Assembly (NCBI GenBank): GCA_038496445.1
Contig: JALMLS010000353.1
Coordinates: forward strand, 124,001-188,000
Origin: Trichosphaerium sp. ATCC 40318
Taxonomy: Eukaryota > Protista > Tubulinea
Direction of reading: 5' to 3'
Length of the DNA: 64,000 nt
The notes beneath the pieces were generated by a model. That model had not been told where the DNA came from. It made no database searches and saw only the letters and a list, made by a program, of their open reading frames with translations. Positions 1-14,300 of the stretch are shown in pieces; position 1 is the stretch's first letter, and each line of letters starts with the position of its first letter. Position numbers and translations under genes: made by a program.

Positions 1-1011
1 CTATTCTCAATCGTAATATTGTATGTGTCGGAAGCAAGCATGATTGCATGACGTCCACATTCGCGGAAGACCATGTTTGACAAGTGAATGTTGTGACAAA
101 AATCGCATCCAAATCCTCTAGCTTACAAAGAACATAAGTATAAGAACAAGACACGTGTACATACAAAAAGAGTGGCCTACAGTAAGTCCAGTTATACGGA
201 CATAAAAACTGTCCCGAAACCCAAGTGCGGCGAAGAGCCACAAATTGTCCTGGCCCTCAGGCCATGATGATAAGGACGGTATGTTGTCCGAAGGAAACCG
301 TAGCTCAAATACTGGTTGAGTACCTACCAAAGTAAGATATAAAAAAAATTGATTTATGACACAAATACAATGCCTTACCATTGGCGTTTCGTATTGTTAT
401 TGGGTTATCTATAGTACCCTGCATCCGAATAAGACTATTGGTAGCTGGTAGTGCAAATGTCAGATAATAAGTTCCTCCACCAACTATAATAGTATCCCCG
501 GGTTTAACATCTACTAAACTCTGTAAAGTGCCAGCAGGGTTACTGAAAAAAAATGCTTAGTTTAGAATTTCCTTGTACTGTTACGAGTAAAACATCGCTA
601 AAAACCCATAGTACTCACGTGATCGAACCGTTTCCCATACCGCGTGGAGTGAGGAAGAAAGTATGCGCAGTAACTTTCGTACATAGTACAATAATAACAA
701 GTGTAATTATACAGATCAAGTGGGCCATTTATGCACTTTCTGCTTGTCTCAGTTTGTATGTTAAGTGTCAACATCAGTCTTGGGAACAAAATGTATTTTT
801 TCTCTCGCTTGTTGTGTAAGTAAAACAAAGGGAAGGTATTGAAAAGGTCGAGTATTTTTTTTTTTGCTTGGGTAAGAAAAGGGGACTTCAACTTTTTAAG
901 GAAAGAGAGTTTCGTGGATAATGTGCACCGGTAGCATGTACGTCGGTAACGTCAAACGTATTTAACAAGCGTACAACAATAGTTACAAGCTGTTTATAAA
1001 GAGCTTACCAT
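1..1011 (-). CDS. Right-handed parallel beta-helix (pectate-lyase-like) protein, multi-exon, 3' end outside window
   Basis: Exons translate to PAGTLQSLVDVKPGDTIIVGGGTY...GTIDNPITIRN, then GTQPVFE, then CHNIHLSNMVFRECGRHAIMLASDTYNITIEN, typical of beta-helix N-termini and repeats. The start (ATG|GTAAGC at 1011) is uncertain. Confidence 0.6.
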
Positions 1012-1364
1012 GAGGTGTTTTAATATTCGTAGCCTACCCTGTTTAATATCTTTAGGTAAAAATGAACAAATTTGCTGTAAGCGCTTGTTGTTTTGAAACA
1101 AATGCAGTGCTAGCGCAAAAAAATCACGTGCGCATCACGTGATAAAACGTTAGTAATAAATTGTTTAGTTCAAACGTGAAAACAGAAACGTCAATTCACT
1201 CAACAAAATACTTGCTAACGCCACAAAAAACAATTCATACGAAATATTGAAATTTATCAAAAAAAAATTTTACACTTTTTTATTTTCAAGAGTTGGAGAG
1301 TTGGGTTGGTATCACATACACCTTTTTTTCCATTTTTTGTAAACAACAACTAACAGCTTCCTTC

Positions 1365-3412
1365 TTAGCTAGCTTTTCCCAACTCTTGTTTTTTAGCTAA
1401 CGATTTCAATCCATGGTAAATGAATGAATCAAGAATACCAGCAACAGTAAATACACCACCTACAATAGCACAGACGCCTGTCAAGAAGTGCGCAAATGAC
1501 TTTCGAGATTCCGTAAATGTCACCATAATAGGCGAAAGGTCATACATGAAGAATACACCTATTGCGAAGATTAAAAAAAAACGATTAAAAAAAAAACTGG
1601 CAGAATTTTTTGTTCGTTCATTTCTGTTTACCTGGAAGACCTTGATTTGAGTTTTTCTCTAGTTTACGGACATGTTCAGTAACAGAGAATTGATTAGTAT
1701 AGATTGTTTCACCTACCAATAAAGTGAGTTTAAATAGCAGACATGTTTTCACGCGTAAAAAGCCTGTAAGTAATGTTTTTGAAAAAAACAAAAAAAAAAT
1801 TAACATAACTAGCCATTGCGTACTGTTCAAGTGTTCATATGTTGTTGGTACTACCTTGATGAAGTATTGGTACATAGGAGCCATCTTAGGTTCTAAAAAT
1901 CGGTCAGAACAAGAGATAAAGCCAACAAACTCAAAAAAGAAAAAAATTCATTAAAACCAAAACAAAAAAAACCGTTCATCACTCTTACCATCCCATATTT
2001 TTTTTACGCTATCAAGTGGATTTACAACACCAGGGAACTCAGTACCAAAAGAGAGCTTATTTACTGTATGTGTCATATTAAACCCAGTAAACTTAAAAAG
2101 ACCAACATCATGAATATGAGAGAAAGCATCAGCATTCTCGAACCCAGGAGAGAAATGAAAGTTACCAGCAACCTAAACAAACATACACGTGTTAGAACTA
2201 TAAATAAAGGTAGTAAAACAACGATTACACAAGGCTATTAGTAATAGTGTCTTACCAACAGATGTTCTTCAAAATGAATTAATTAAAAAAACTTACCTTG
2301 TTTACCAACAAGTAACCGTAAAGTTTACATTGTTCGCCTTTGTGTCCTCGTAAGTTTTCGCTAAATCCTTCGCGTGCACACTAATTAATATGTTACATAA
2401 ATGAGGAGGCAGTAGTAACACGTAGACAGAATGCAGACCAACATAAAAGAAAAATTGTTTTAAGTCTTGTTTAGTTACCTGTTCAATACCATCTGGGTTT
2501 GTAAAAGCCCATCCTTTAATTCTGTATGACTCACGTACTTCATCACAAGTATTACAACATTGTCCCCTGTAATTAGAATGAGCAAACAACAAAAGAAAGA
2601 AAACCAGTTCGAACAAAAGTAAATACATATCACGAACAAAAAAAAGCTAATGTTTTCAAGCCACGTGGCAACTATATCATGGATCGTACGCTTTTGCTTC
2701 AGAACCATAACAACTACCACAATATCCAGGCTTCTTTGATGCATCATTTTTTGGATCAATCTTAGCCTTGTCACGCTTTAAAGCTGAAACAAGGAGTTAA
2801 AGGCAAAAGCCATCAAAAAAAGAAGAGAAGAACAAAGAAAGACAATTTGGCATACACTCCTTTTTTGAGCCTTCTGCTAATGGAACCCCATTAGAGTCCA
2901 GGTTTGTTTTAAATATATGGTGATAAACATCTTTTTGATGCTCCCCAGATACATCCATAGCGTCGACACTCATCCCTAGTTGGTTTTAGATGAAACAAAA
3001 AACAATGAATGATGTAGTGGCGTTAAAGCAAACGAATGGTTTGTTTAGGCGATAATAGCGTAGAAAATAACGTACAAGCACATGACATGGCGTGGAAAGT
3101 GATATCAAAATTAATGCGTAGCTTTTCGCCTCTTGTTGTGTCTACCTTTAGTACTGGTTTAACCTCTAATTGGAGCCAGTACGAAAACTCTGATAGGAAC
3201 AACCACAATATGAATATGCCAGCTATGACAGAAACTACACAGTGTCAAAAACAACGCTAACAAACGCAACAAGCAAAAACGACAAAATTTGGTTCTATTT
3301 AGTGATAAAAACTAGCGCGTTCTTTCGTACCAGTGGCTCCTGATGTAGTTCTAATCCTAAAATCCTCCATTGTCTTAGGGAAGGCATCAAATACCTTCAT
3401 ACGCGACAACAT
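1365..3412 (-). CDS. ERGIC3: ER-Golgi intermediate compartment protein 3 (Erv46 family), multi-exon
   Basis: MLSRMKVFDAFPKT...RTTSGA; RGEKLRINFDITF; CCNTCDEVRESYRIKGWAF; YQYFIKVVPT; YDLSPIMV...FLTGVCAIVGGVFTVAGILDS...LGKAS. Confidence 0.95.
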
Positions 3413-3651
3413 GGTGAAAGAACTCTACTGTGTCGACGTGTGGATCAAAATATAAGTGTAGCTTACGCTGACGTGGTAAATCTGGTAGACAATTTCTCAG
3501 CGTTAAAAATGGTCAACTCTTTTAGATTGTTGGAATGGTTGAGAGTTGGTGTACCGCCTGTACAACAACCTTCCTACACTAAAATAGTGTATTGACGCCG
3601 TTTCACATCCGTACAATTATTCCACGCGCCAATTCCATCAGTATACTAGCT

Positions 3652-4573
3652 ATGAATACCAACGATGAAGCACAAAATATATCTGGATCATTTGATTCGG
3701 GAGAATCCTTACACCAACACAAAAGACAACGACTGAACTGTTCTCCGTTCAGTAGTAACTCAGACAGCTCTATGCCATTTTTACACGACGTACGAAAATT
3801 GTTTGTTGTTTACAAAAAATACAAAACGCGAACAAACGCCATACACCCTTTTGTTTTGAATGTTAACAACTCATACGTAAAATAGTCACGTCACACATCA
3901 AATACCAGTTATTGCTCAGACCAAGAATCTACTAGTGCCACTCCAGACCTTGAATATGACTGCCGCGCTAATGCAGGCTCAACTTGGCAATTTTTTAAAC
4001 ACACACCAACACACGCTGCACCTTCAACATCTGAAAAAAGGCGCAAAGGCATAAAACGCAAAAGGAACGCGACAGGTAAGACAACCGACGGTTTTACGTT
4101 TGTTTCAAGAAATAAAAAACACGAAAAAAAAAATTAACTCTTCATGTTCATTCGTTAAACCACCTTTTTCAGGCACTAATGGGCGTAAATATATACCAAA
4201 CGAATTAAAGGGATTGTACACCGAGCTGGCAAAGTATAAAAGCTCATTTACTGATCGTAACGGAAAAGTACAACCAAACTGGTTTACTGAATTTGTAAAA
4301 GCAAACAAAGGTATTACAGCAGATTATATGGATATAGTAGAAGGTAAGTACATGTTCATACATGCACTTTGATTACGAGTAAAAAATCTAATCGCAGTAT
4401 TTTTAGAGCACCTAAAATGTCCTTGGGAATGTGACGCTTGCACTGATTCTGATGATGAAGGGTTAGACTTTGGTTTACATTGGTCTCAAGCAACTGACAT
4501 GGAAGACTGTAATAGCATGGATAGCTTAGCAGTACAAGTAGGTAGTCCTAGAGACGTAGAGTGGTGCACATAA
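3652..4573 (+). CDS. Hypothetical protein, multi-exon
   Basis: Open exons joined by GT-AG introns; basic NLS-like segments (KRRKGIKRKR); no family recognised. Confidence 0.45.
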
Positions 4574-5054
4574 CTCTCACTATTTTATGACTGTTTTCTT
4601 TTTTTCCGTTACGTACGGCGTAATGATGTAATTGTATCTTTAAAAATAAAATGTAATACTAGAGCCAAATTCAGAACCATTAATAACTGCTACATGTCAA
4701 CAAGTAGAATTTCTGTTTTGCAACAAGGATTATCGCGTGCAACGTGTTGTACTGAATTAACGTATGAAGTGTACATTAATATCTCTGACGTAAACGACAT
4801 TTTTAGACTGAAGCACGTATAAAACGCCGAAAAACAAATTTGTAGTCTTATTAATAGGTGCCCCGAGAATACTATAGTGCTTTACAAACCCAAATTCAAG
4901 TGGGACGGTTGCCAATAAACTCCCAGAGCGTTCCAATACGAAACTTCGAAGAATTTTATTTTCTCAAAACTCAAGAAAAATTTTGACGATATTCTCGTTC
5001 TTTATTTCTCGTACTAGTGCCTCGCTGTCACAGTGGTTATCACCACTTGGTCGT

Positions 5055-6732
5055 ATGTCGCAAGGATCGTGCTGTAGTGAACATAGTGAAGACTTCCACA
5101 GGGAAGGTTTGTTATCGTCTCAAGGCAGCGAAGTATCTGGCGCATTGGTTTCCGAGTTGGGTGTATTGAAAAAATTGAAAAATACATCTAGGTATGTAAC
5201 AACAAATCGTATTAATGCTCTAGTGAGCTAAAGTTAATTGCGTTGCCAGAAACTCTATGCCTGTAACCCTTGGTGGACGTAGCTCCGTAGTGCTACCGCA
5301 ACAACGTGTAATATCTACTAGACGCCGAACTGTTGAGCTTGCACGACTCCCTAAACCAGAAGTACGACACTATCGCCAATATATTTTTTTACTGATCAAA
5401 ACACAGCCTATGCGCGGTAGCGAGACCACATCTAGAGGAAGGAAACCAAAGAAATCTCGTGAGCCGGTAATACAAAAAGTAAAATCAGGTGGCGTTACCA
5501 AGCAGACCAAATCAAGCACAGGTACGCAACTGCACGCTATGCGCATTTTTTAACAGTTTCTGGTATCTATTTGACAAAAACCGTTTTTTACCGTCTACTC
5601 ACATAAACGAAAAGGTGGGCGTGGTTCCAGACAATATAACAGCCTTGGTGCTCTTACAAAAAGGTTTGTTGATCTTGTATCTCGCGCAAACCAAGGCGTT
5701 GTTGATTTAAACACTGCAGCTGAGCAGCTTCAAGTACAAAAAAGGTATCTCACGAATATATTAGCGGTATTAACCGTTTAGATATTCATACTTTTGTTTT
5801 TCTGTTAGTTTTGCTAACTGGTTGCTAAGACGAATCTATGACATTACCAACGTGTTGGAAGGTATTGGCCTCATTGAAAAGAACTCAAAGAATAGTGTTC
5901 GATGGGTGTACGTGCAATCCTACTTATGCTTTGCATATTACAGAGCTTTTTTTATGAACATCACTAAGACGAGAAGAAAAGTTTGTAATCTTTAATTCGA
6001 TTTGTCTAGTTTTAACGTTTTTGCATTTTACGCAAAACGCTCACGTTATTTTTTCAAATAGGTCAGGAGATGTTGTTACAGATGGTGAACGTGATGAATT
6101 GCAGGCAACAAGAAAAGCAGTAGTTGACTTGACTGCACGAGAAACGTTACTTGACACATCGATTAAACGCAAGGAAATGAACTTGCAAGAATTACAGGCC
6201 TCGCCTGCTTACGCACAGTATGCGTTTGTTTTTCACGAGGACGTAAGACAAATACCAGAATTCATGGGTGCTTCGCTACTTGGTGTAAAGGCACCTCCAG
6301 GAACAAAGATGGAAGTACCTATACCAGAGAATGTATGTTTATAGGGTCGTGCATGAATTGTAAGCTGAGATTTTGTAGGGTGAGAAAAAGTATCAAGTTA
6401 CGCTTACAGGAAAGCTTCCTGTTGATGTTATCGTTGTATCAAAGATTGACGATGAATTGATGGAAGATGCTGAGATGTATGCTACAGGTTGTTCAGAGAC
6501 TTCAGAAACAGTTAACCCAGGGCTATTGAGTTACCCGAGGTATGACAGCAGTGAGGACTATGTGCAAGTAGAAGTAGTTAGAGACAATTAGTTTTTTGTT
6601 AACATCTCTCGTAGGGACCGCTTGTCTTCAATGTCGGACTACTATCTTGGTATGTATGGTGCGGATGAAGGTGTAGCAGATTACTATGGAGAATCTGAAG
6701 GGTTTGATATTGGCAGTATGTTAAGTTTGTAA
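5055..6732 (+). CDS. E2F: E2F family transcription factor
   Basis: Spliced DNA-binding domain [12 protein letters not shown]...[41 protein letters not shown]; marked-box region [12 protein letters not shown]; acidic C-terminus with DY...EGVADYY resembling the Rb-binding motif. Confidence 0.93.
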
Positions 6733-6883
6733 AAAAAGGAAGAAAAATTGTAAATTGTGAAAAAAAAGAAATTTTATTTTTAATTATGTTGACTTGAGTT
6801 TTTTTTTGTCGGAGTGAGAATTATTTCTCTGTTTGTTGCAACTTTCCTGGTATTATTGCTCTTGTTGTACTGAGTGGTTTGTC

Positions 6884-9800
6884 ATGTCTAGTCCAAAGCG
6901 AAAGAGGGATGTTAAGGATAATCCAGACGAATTGCTGATTCGTATTCCCAAAGATGCGTGGGATGAGGGTGTCGCGTCTCCGTACGCGTTTTATTGCAAC
7001 AAAGCTAAATGTAACGTTTTACACCTTGCAGTTCACCAAATAAGAAGCGTAAATTGCGCTACAAGGCCATAAATCACACCGTAGATACCAGTGAATTTTA
7101 CAACAGCTTACAAAGATCGTATTTTGCTAAAAACACGAAGGTATCATAAACAACATCAAATCGCCTGTAATACGATTTAGTTGCTTAAGAAGACCAAAAA
7201 AACGCTTGTTACGAGTTTATTGCCATACCAAGTTCAGGCACTAACTTGGATGACAGCTCGTGAAGAGTGCAGTGCTCTGCCAGGTGGTATACTAGCCGAT
7301 GAGGTGCGTGGCACTTTATTGAACATCACTTTTTTATGTCAAGACTTCGTTTAAAAAAATTCGACTTCTGGCCTCTAATGCAACGTAGATGGGCTTAGGA
7401 AAGACTCTTGAGGTTTTAGCACTCACATACTGTCGTATGAGACAACCTTCGAAGCAAAAAACATTGTCTGGGCTATTTCCAACACGTGCGTTTAGCTTTT
7501 TGTCCATTTTCAGTTAACATTGCTAAAAAATTCGTTAACAGAGTCTACATTGGTTGTTGTACCTCAAATTCTATTGAGTCAGTGGCAACAGGAGATTGAC
7601 AAGCACTCAAAGAATAAGAACAGCTACTTTGTTTATAACGGTATACAAAAACTGTCAAAACCTCAACAAAAAAAACTTAAAAGAGGTACTTGATGACACT
7701 GTTTATTTGGTAATAACTGATATTAGGCAACAAACCTTTATTCTGTTCTCACATTGGTACAAATCCTTTGGATTGCCTATGTAATGCTTATGAGTGTTGC
7801 TTTAGTTTTAACTTCTTATAAAACCTTGTGTAAAGAAGTACATTATGCTAGTGATATGGGATATTCACTACGTTCCAGTAACCAGAGAAAGGCACGTTTG
7901 TTTTTTCAAACAATCTGTGAGTAACTATGGTGTAGTATACTTATCAAAAAAGTCCGTTGATGCTTCATCAGTGGTGGAGAGTTTGTATAGATGAAGCACA
8001 AGAGGTATATAATTAAAATATGTACTTCTTTGCTAATTCTCTTCAAGGTTAAATCTACTGCAAAGCAGAGCGCTCAAATGGCAAAAATTATTCCAGTACA
8101 ATATTAGGTTTTTGTTTGCATACTAATGATGTTTTACTCAGGCAGTTCACCGGTGGGCAGTGTCTGGTACACCTATCAAAACTTCGTTCAATGATCTAAA
8201 AGGACTCATGGAATTTCTGGGTTGCCCTAAAAAATGGCAATTAGAAACAAAAGAATTACTAAAATGGTTAAAGGTAAACACACAAAAAAAACAGATTCTC
8301 ATTTTTTTCTTAGACAATCACGTGGAGAAATGAAAAGGCTTGGGTAGAACAACATATAAAAATACCTCCTCCTTCAGATAGCGAACAATCCGTTATACTT
8401 GATCCATATGAGAGATATTGTAGACGCATGTACGGTAGAACATCAACTGTCATCATTTTTTTGGCTGCTAACTCGTTTCATCAGAATTCGAGATAAAATG
8501 ATGCAAATTGATGGTCAAGAAAAAGTATTAGCACGATTTCATACTATGCCATACTATACAATGTTACATGATGTATATGATAAAGTCTTGAAGAAGACTC
8601 ACAACAATACACGTGAAAAGGTACAATTAAAATAAAGTTCTCACTAGTGACAGTCTAATAATTTTCAAGGCTTTGAGTGCTAGCATAGAACAATGCACAG
8701 GTGCTTTACATGGTGATAAATTATTACTATGTACTCGTTTGAATAAGCTTGGTATTGCATATTATGGAGATGATAAAGTGGATAAAGCTATTGAATGCTT
8801 AACAGAAGCAAGAAATATTCTTCGTTGTGAGGATAGGGATCCATTACTTTACAACTTACCTATTTCAACAAGTATGTCATAACATTTTATCAAGTGCATT
8901 GCCATCAACTCAATTTCTTTTGTTGTAAACAGGCGGTAAAGTACGGTATCAAACACTCATAAATCTATCACAAATACAGAAAGAAGTTGATGTAAAAGGT
9001 TGTGAAGAGGCAAACGAAGAGGTACAACAACTAGCCCTTATCCTCATTTTTTCTTGGTACTAAATGTCTTGCTGTAGGCTTATAGCGTTAAGATGAAGTG
9101 GCTTGCTCCACGTATAAAGGAGATGGGTAACAGGAGAGGTCACATGCAGGAAGAATTGTTTCAAGTTGATACATTATCAAATAATAGAATGAGGAATAGT
9201 AGACCAGCTTGGTGGCGGCGTATGTTGGATTATTTAGAAGATAAGGAAGAAAAAGCTTTCTTAGAGCAACTTAAGTACGTTTTGTTCAGTTGATATTTGA
9301 TCTGAAAATCACGTGTTTATGTTTGGCTTGAACTAATTTATTTCTTTTTTTTTAGAGTTGGTGTTGAACAGACTTATGATACGTTATTCACAGGTCCAAG
9401 AAAAGAGGTTCTAGTTATAGATGTTAGCACATTTAAACAACTTAAAGCAAGGACAGAAAATAGTCTTGAAAATATATACACTGTACGTCATGATGAGCTT
9501 GCCTCTAACTAAGCTTGTCAAACATTTTTATATTTGGTTGAACTAATGGATTATTTCAAGACTCGAGATAAATTGCTTTGTATGCTTGAAGAGCCTATCA
9601 GTAAGCGTAAAGGAGAAATAGATAGATTTAAGAATATTATATCACAAGCAGAAACTTTACTTTCAAAATACGAAGGAATGCTTGCATATGTTAAAGATGT
9701 ACGTCATGCTTACTTGTGTCTTTGTTTTGACGTTTGCATGTTTTAGGAAGGTTGGCATACTAATAGGTTTTGTTGGCTTATTAGTGAGACTGAGAGGTTA

Positions 9801-11130
9801 TTATTGCTTCTTGAGTATCGTGCTATTCTCGCATACAATGCTCTGTTTAAAGAATATCAAGAGTATGTTTCAATGTTTGTTTGTTGTTTGATTTCTTTCT
9901 TTTCGATTGTTCTGTGGCGCTTATGCTTTTCTTTGCTTAGGGCTACACTTTTATTGACACCAACAAGACCTGAGTTACAAGCGCTTATGTCTGGTCTATC
10001 GCTTATAACATTAGAGGCTTCAGCACACTTTAGGGTTAGTCAAGATAAGGCTGGATTACTTGTCACTTATTTGTCTTTAGGAGCTTGAAGTTATGAAGTT
10101 AGAGATCGTATCAGCAGCTAAGTTAATTAATGAGATGAACAAGTACGTAGAGAAACACGAAATTATTGAATTGGGTACAGATGTTGAGGTTCCTGAGGGA
10201 ACTAGTATTGTACGTTTTTCTTCTTTTTTTTTTTGTTTTGAACTAGTGTCCGAGATGGAGATTGTTGTTCTATTGGTCTTACTGTCATTGTTTAATGTAT
10301 GTTATAGGCTGTCCTTGAACAAGATGTCACTGATGCTAAGGAGCAATGCGACGTTAGGCGGAAAGAGTTGGACTTTTTGTTAAGCCAGAAGCAAGTCATA
10401 GTACCTAATGCTGAATTTGGCTCTAAGCTAAAAAATGCTTTTAATGATCTTGTTGATACTCTTGAGGTAAGAAAAAGTTTTCGTCTGATTTTTTATGGAA
10501 ACTTGTTTACTTATGTTTGCTAGCATGATACACAAACGAAAGTATTGGTTTTCTCTCAGTTCCCACAAGCTTTAATACAGTTTATGGTTTTACTTGAATC
10601 TAAAGGTATTCGGTTTGCTGCAGGGCGTTCTCTGCCACGAAAGGGATCACTTGTTGGTATGTTTCTTTGCATAAGTAGTTTGCTATTGTACTGAGCTGAT
10701 GCTTTCTTTCAGGAAGTATTGAATCGTTTAAAAGCGATGATAATGTCAGAGTTCTTCTTTTAAATACAGTGAAGCAATCTACAGGATTGACATTGACACA
10801 GGTAAGGACGAAAAGTCGCTATGAAAGTGAACCTTTTGTTAATGTTTTTTTTTGCTGTTTAGGCTAATCACGTCTTCTTGCTTGATACTGTCGATGAAGC
10901 ATCAGAAGCGCAAGCTATTGGAAGGAGTTATAGGATTGGTCAAATGATGTCTACACAGATAAGAAGGTGAGTACAAAAAACACCATAAGCCACTATGTTC
11001 TTTTTGAACTTTTTTCTAAAAACGTGCTTTTGTTTTTTGACTTGCAGTTTTTGTTATTTTTTACTCTCCCTAATCCTTTATTTAAGATATGTAGTGAATA
11101 CAAATGATCCTATGGATGTTGACACATAAC
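6884..11130 (+). CDS. SNF2-family ATPase of the SHPRH/Rad5-like group, apparently lacking the RING finger
   Basis: PYQVQALTWM, GGILADEMGLGKT, TLVVVP, WWRVCIDEAQ, RWAVSGTP, KVLVFSQF, GLTLTQANHVFLLD and QAIGRSYRIGQ motifs across many exons. Confidence 0.85.
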
Positions 11131-11361
11131 AACGAGCTGTATTGTAAGAATTAAATACGCTAGAAATATGAAATCAAGTTCACAGAATAAACACTGCTCT
11201 GAGTCGAAACTATTTTTTTGTATTTTGTCCAATTCCATATACTTTGAGCTCACCTTTAAGTACTTGGGGCACTGATATTATTTTGAAGCTAGTTGCTTGG
11301 AAAAGATACAGTGTTTGGTCATACAAGTTCTTAAAAAGTTTGCTCAGCTAACTGTCTATCC

Positions 11362-14300
11362 ATGTGCGCACAATTTGTTGCAAGGCCTACTGTAACGGTA
11401 TCACATGCCTTTTTTCTTTGTTTTTGTTTTTTAACCGTTTGTAAATAAAATTAGCGCGTCGCTGGTGGAGTTATAGGTACTCAAGATGGTTTTGGCATTA
11501 ACGCCAAGTTTGAGACTGTTGAAAGCATGGCAGTTGCCGAAAACAACGTAAAAACACCCATATATTCTCTAAATGACCTTACATTTTGTTTTTAGTCAAT
11601 AATACTATCATGTGATACTCACGTGCTAAGGAGAATGAATGTTCAAGATGAGTTTAAAGTGTCAACTATTTGTGGAAAGGTGAATACACCTGGACACGTG
11701 GTACGTCCTTTGTTCGTTTCTTTCCAGCGTTCTCTTAAACAAAAGGCCACAAACTAGAACGGGCGACTAAAAAGATCTGTCATCTCACTAGTAGCGTAGG
11801 GCGATAAGTTTGCGTTCCCAAGAGGAATCTGTATTGATAAGAAGGGAAATATTTATGTTGCTGACATGGGTAATCACGTAATTCGCCTTGTAACATGTAG
11901 CTTTATTGGTTTATACTCTGTTAAACCTTTCGCTGGAGTCACTGGTAAACATGGGTTCAAGGATAACGTAGATAAATCAGTGGCAGAATTTAATAGTCCT
12001 TGCGACGTCAGGTGATTCCAACAAGTGTTTTTTTAGTTGATGACACGTGACTTACCTTTTTTTTGGTAGTGTTTCTCATTACGCGTTGTACGTTGCTGAT
12101 AGAAACAATGATAGCATAAGGCGTATATCGTTTAAAGATGGAACAGTATCAACACTATGCTCCATATCTTGTCCACTTTCGGTCACGTGTACATCAAATA
12201 TGGAAACATTATTGATACTACATAAAGATGGTAAAAAGCTTAAAATTGCTTACCTGGCGCAAGGCGCAAAGTTACAAAATATCCGTGAGTTTGACCACCC
12301 AACTTTCACTAGAGTATTTACTACTAAAGATAATGCAAACACTCTATACTTTGGATTCCATAATGAATCTAAAATTCACGTTTTAGGCACGTGATTTTTT
12401 TTTATTTTTTATTTACTCGTTTCTTGGTATACTTGGGCGTTTCCTTAACCATGACTGATGATGTTGATTTTTTTTTAGCTACAAACGGACGTTTATCAGT
12501 GATTGACCTTGCTGGAGTAAATATTACTGCGCTGACATACCACGAGCAGTTCATCTATTTATTTGAGTCAAACAATTGTTCAATTTGTAGGTTCTGTCCT
12601 TTAGCCACTAATCCTGGTACTACAGTACAGTTCAATAATCCTCAAAATCGCCCTGGATTCTCTACCGGGTCTCTAACACAAACGTTAAATCATTTGGCAA
12701 CTGTACAGCCGACTTCTCAACGTCCTACAAATAGAAGTACAAAACAAGATGTTCAAGATTTACAACGACAATTAATGGAAGCTAATTCACGTGCGCAGTG
12801 GGAACAAACACGTGTCAATAATCAATATACTCAAATGAATGGTCTAATCCTACAACAAACTCAAAGAGTAAGGAATAACTCTGAAAAAGAGTATTGACTA
12901 ACGCGTTCTATTCTTAGTTAAATCATATGGCAACAGCACTTTCTAAACGTGCGGTTCTAACTCTATCGGTCACGTATTTTGACGTTTTTATGTTTAGTCA
13001 TGAAAGGTAACGGAAGTAACCACGGTATTCTGTCAGGCATGTTCAAACTGTACTTGTTTTAAAAAAAGTACTTAATTTTTTTTTCAGCGATTTGTTTGGG
13101 CCACAGTTCTTGTGCTTGGTATTTTTCCGAGACCTTGTATTACTCTCATTTGTGGAGATCAGTTTCTACTCATTTAGAACTAAACATAACTCCTTCCACT
13201 TTTCCTGTCGAGTATTACAATTTAGAAGCATTATTCTATGCAACAGCACCTAAGGATTGGACCATTGATCGTGTAACTGCATTGAGGAATGACAAGTTAC
13301 TCCAAGACCCCTTCCTTAGAAGAATGCAACTCCTTGGTAAACACTATATCTCTTTTCTGTACTAAACACATGCTAACACGTGGAGTTAGACGAAAGAAGT
13401 GGTAACCCTAATTTTCAGCCTTCTTGGCATAAAGAAAATAGCACTCATCTTAGAACCAAAATTATGAACAACCTAGATCAGAACACGTGCTGTAAGACTT
13501 CAAAAGGTGTAAGAACAATGATGTTATGGCACGGTACTTCCACTAAAGTTATATGCTCTATAGCAGGTAAGAAAAAACGCTCAAAGAGAGGTTTCCTCAC
13601 CGTTATTTTAGACACGGGATTTTCGGCTTTAGCAAAAACAGACGCTGGCTTTTTTGGCAATGGGATTTATGGAACTTTCTCTGCTGAGTATGCTGGTCGT
13701 GTTTATGCGAAAGATGTCATGCTTCTTTGTGCTGCTGTAGCTGGAAATGTATACCCTGTTGTACGTCAGACCGTTCACTGAATTTTTTTTGCATTACATT
13801 ACTTTCCCTACCACCTGGTTGAATGTAATGAAGCCTAAGTTTATTTTTATGATCATGTAATATTTACAGATTGCACGGAGTTATATTGATTGTTTCTATT
13901 TTTCTTAGGTTCACAGTGACATGAAGAATTTATTAGGAAAAAATAGATATAAGAATTATGATTGCCATTATGTTCCTGTGCGTCCTATATCAAATAGACC
14001 TCAAGAAAAAACGTATCACGCATTAAGAGAAAGTGATAAAGCAATGTTTGATGAGATTGTTATTTTCGAGGCACGTGAAACGTAGATATAGTGTAACAGT
14101 TTTCGTATTTCATTTCTGTTTCTTTTCTCTAGTTTCCTTTTTTTTTTCGTCTTGTAAATCAACTCGCGCTCTGGGTTTACACTAGCTATTAAGCCTACGT
14201 TTGGCTAAAACTAGAGCTGTTTTATGCACTTAAAATCTTACTTCTTCCAACGTACCAAGTGTGAGACAAACTTACGAAATAGACTTTTCTTTGATAGTTA

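Noticed and set aside
1125-1141. CDEI-like TCACGTG doublet as a point centromere
   Set aside because: No CDEII/CDEIII arrangement, and the motif is ubiquitous in the window.
14168-14218. Imperfect hairpin in the long ART intron, possible snoRNA
   Set aside because: No convincing C/D or H/ACA box arrangement was seen; it needs a covariance-model search.
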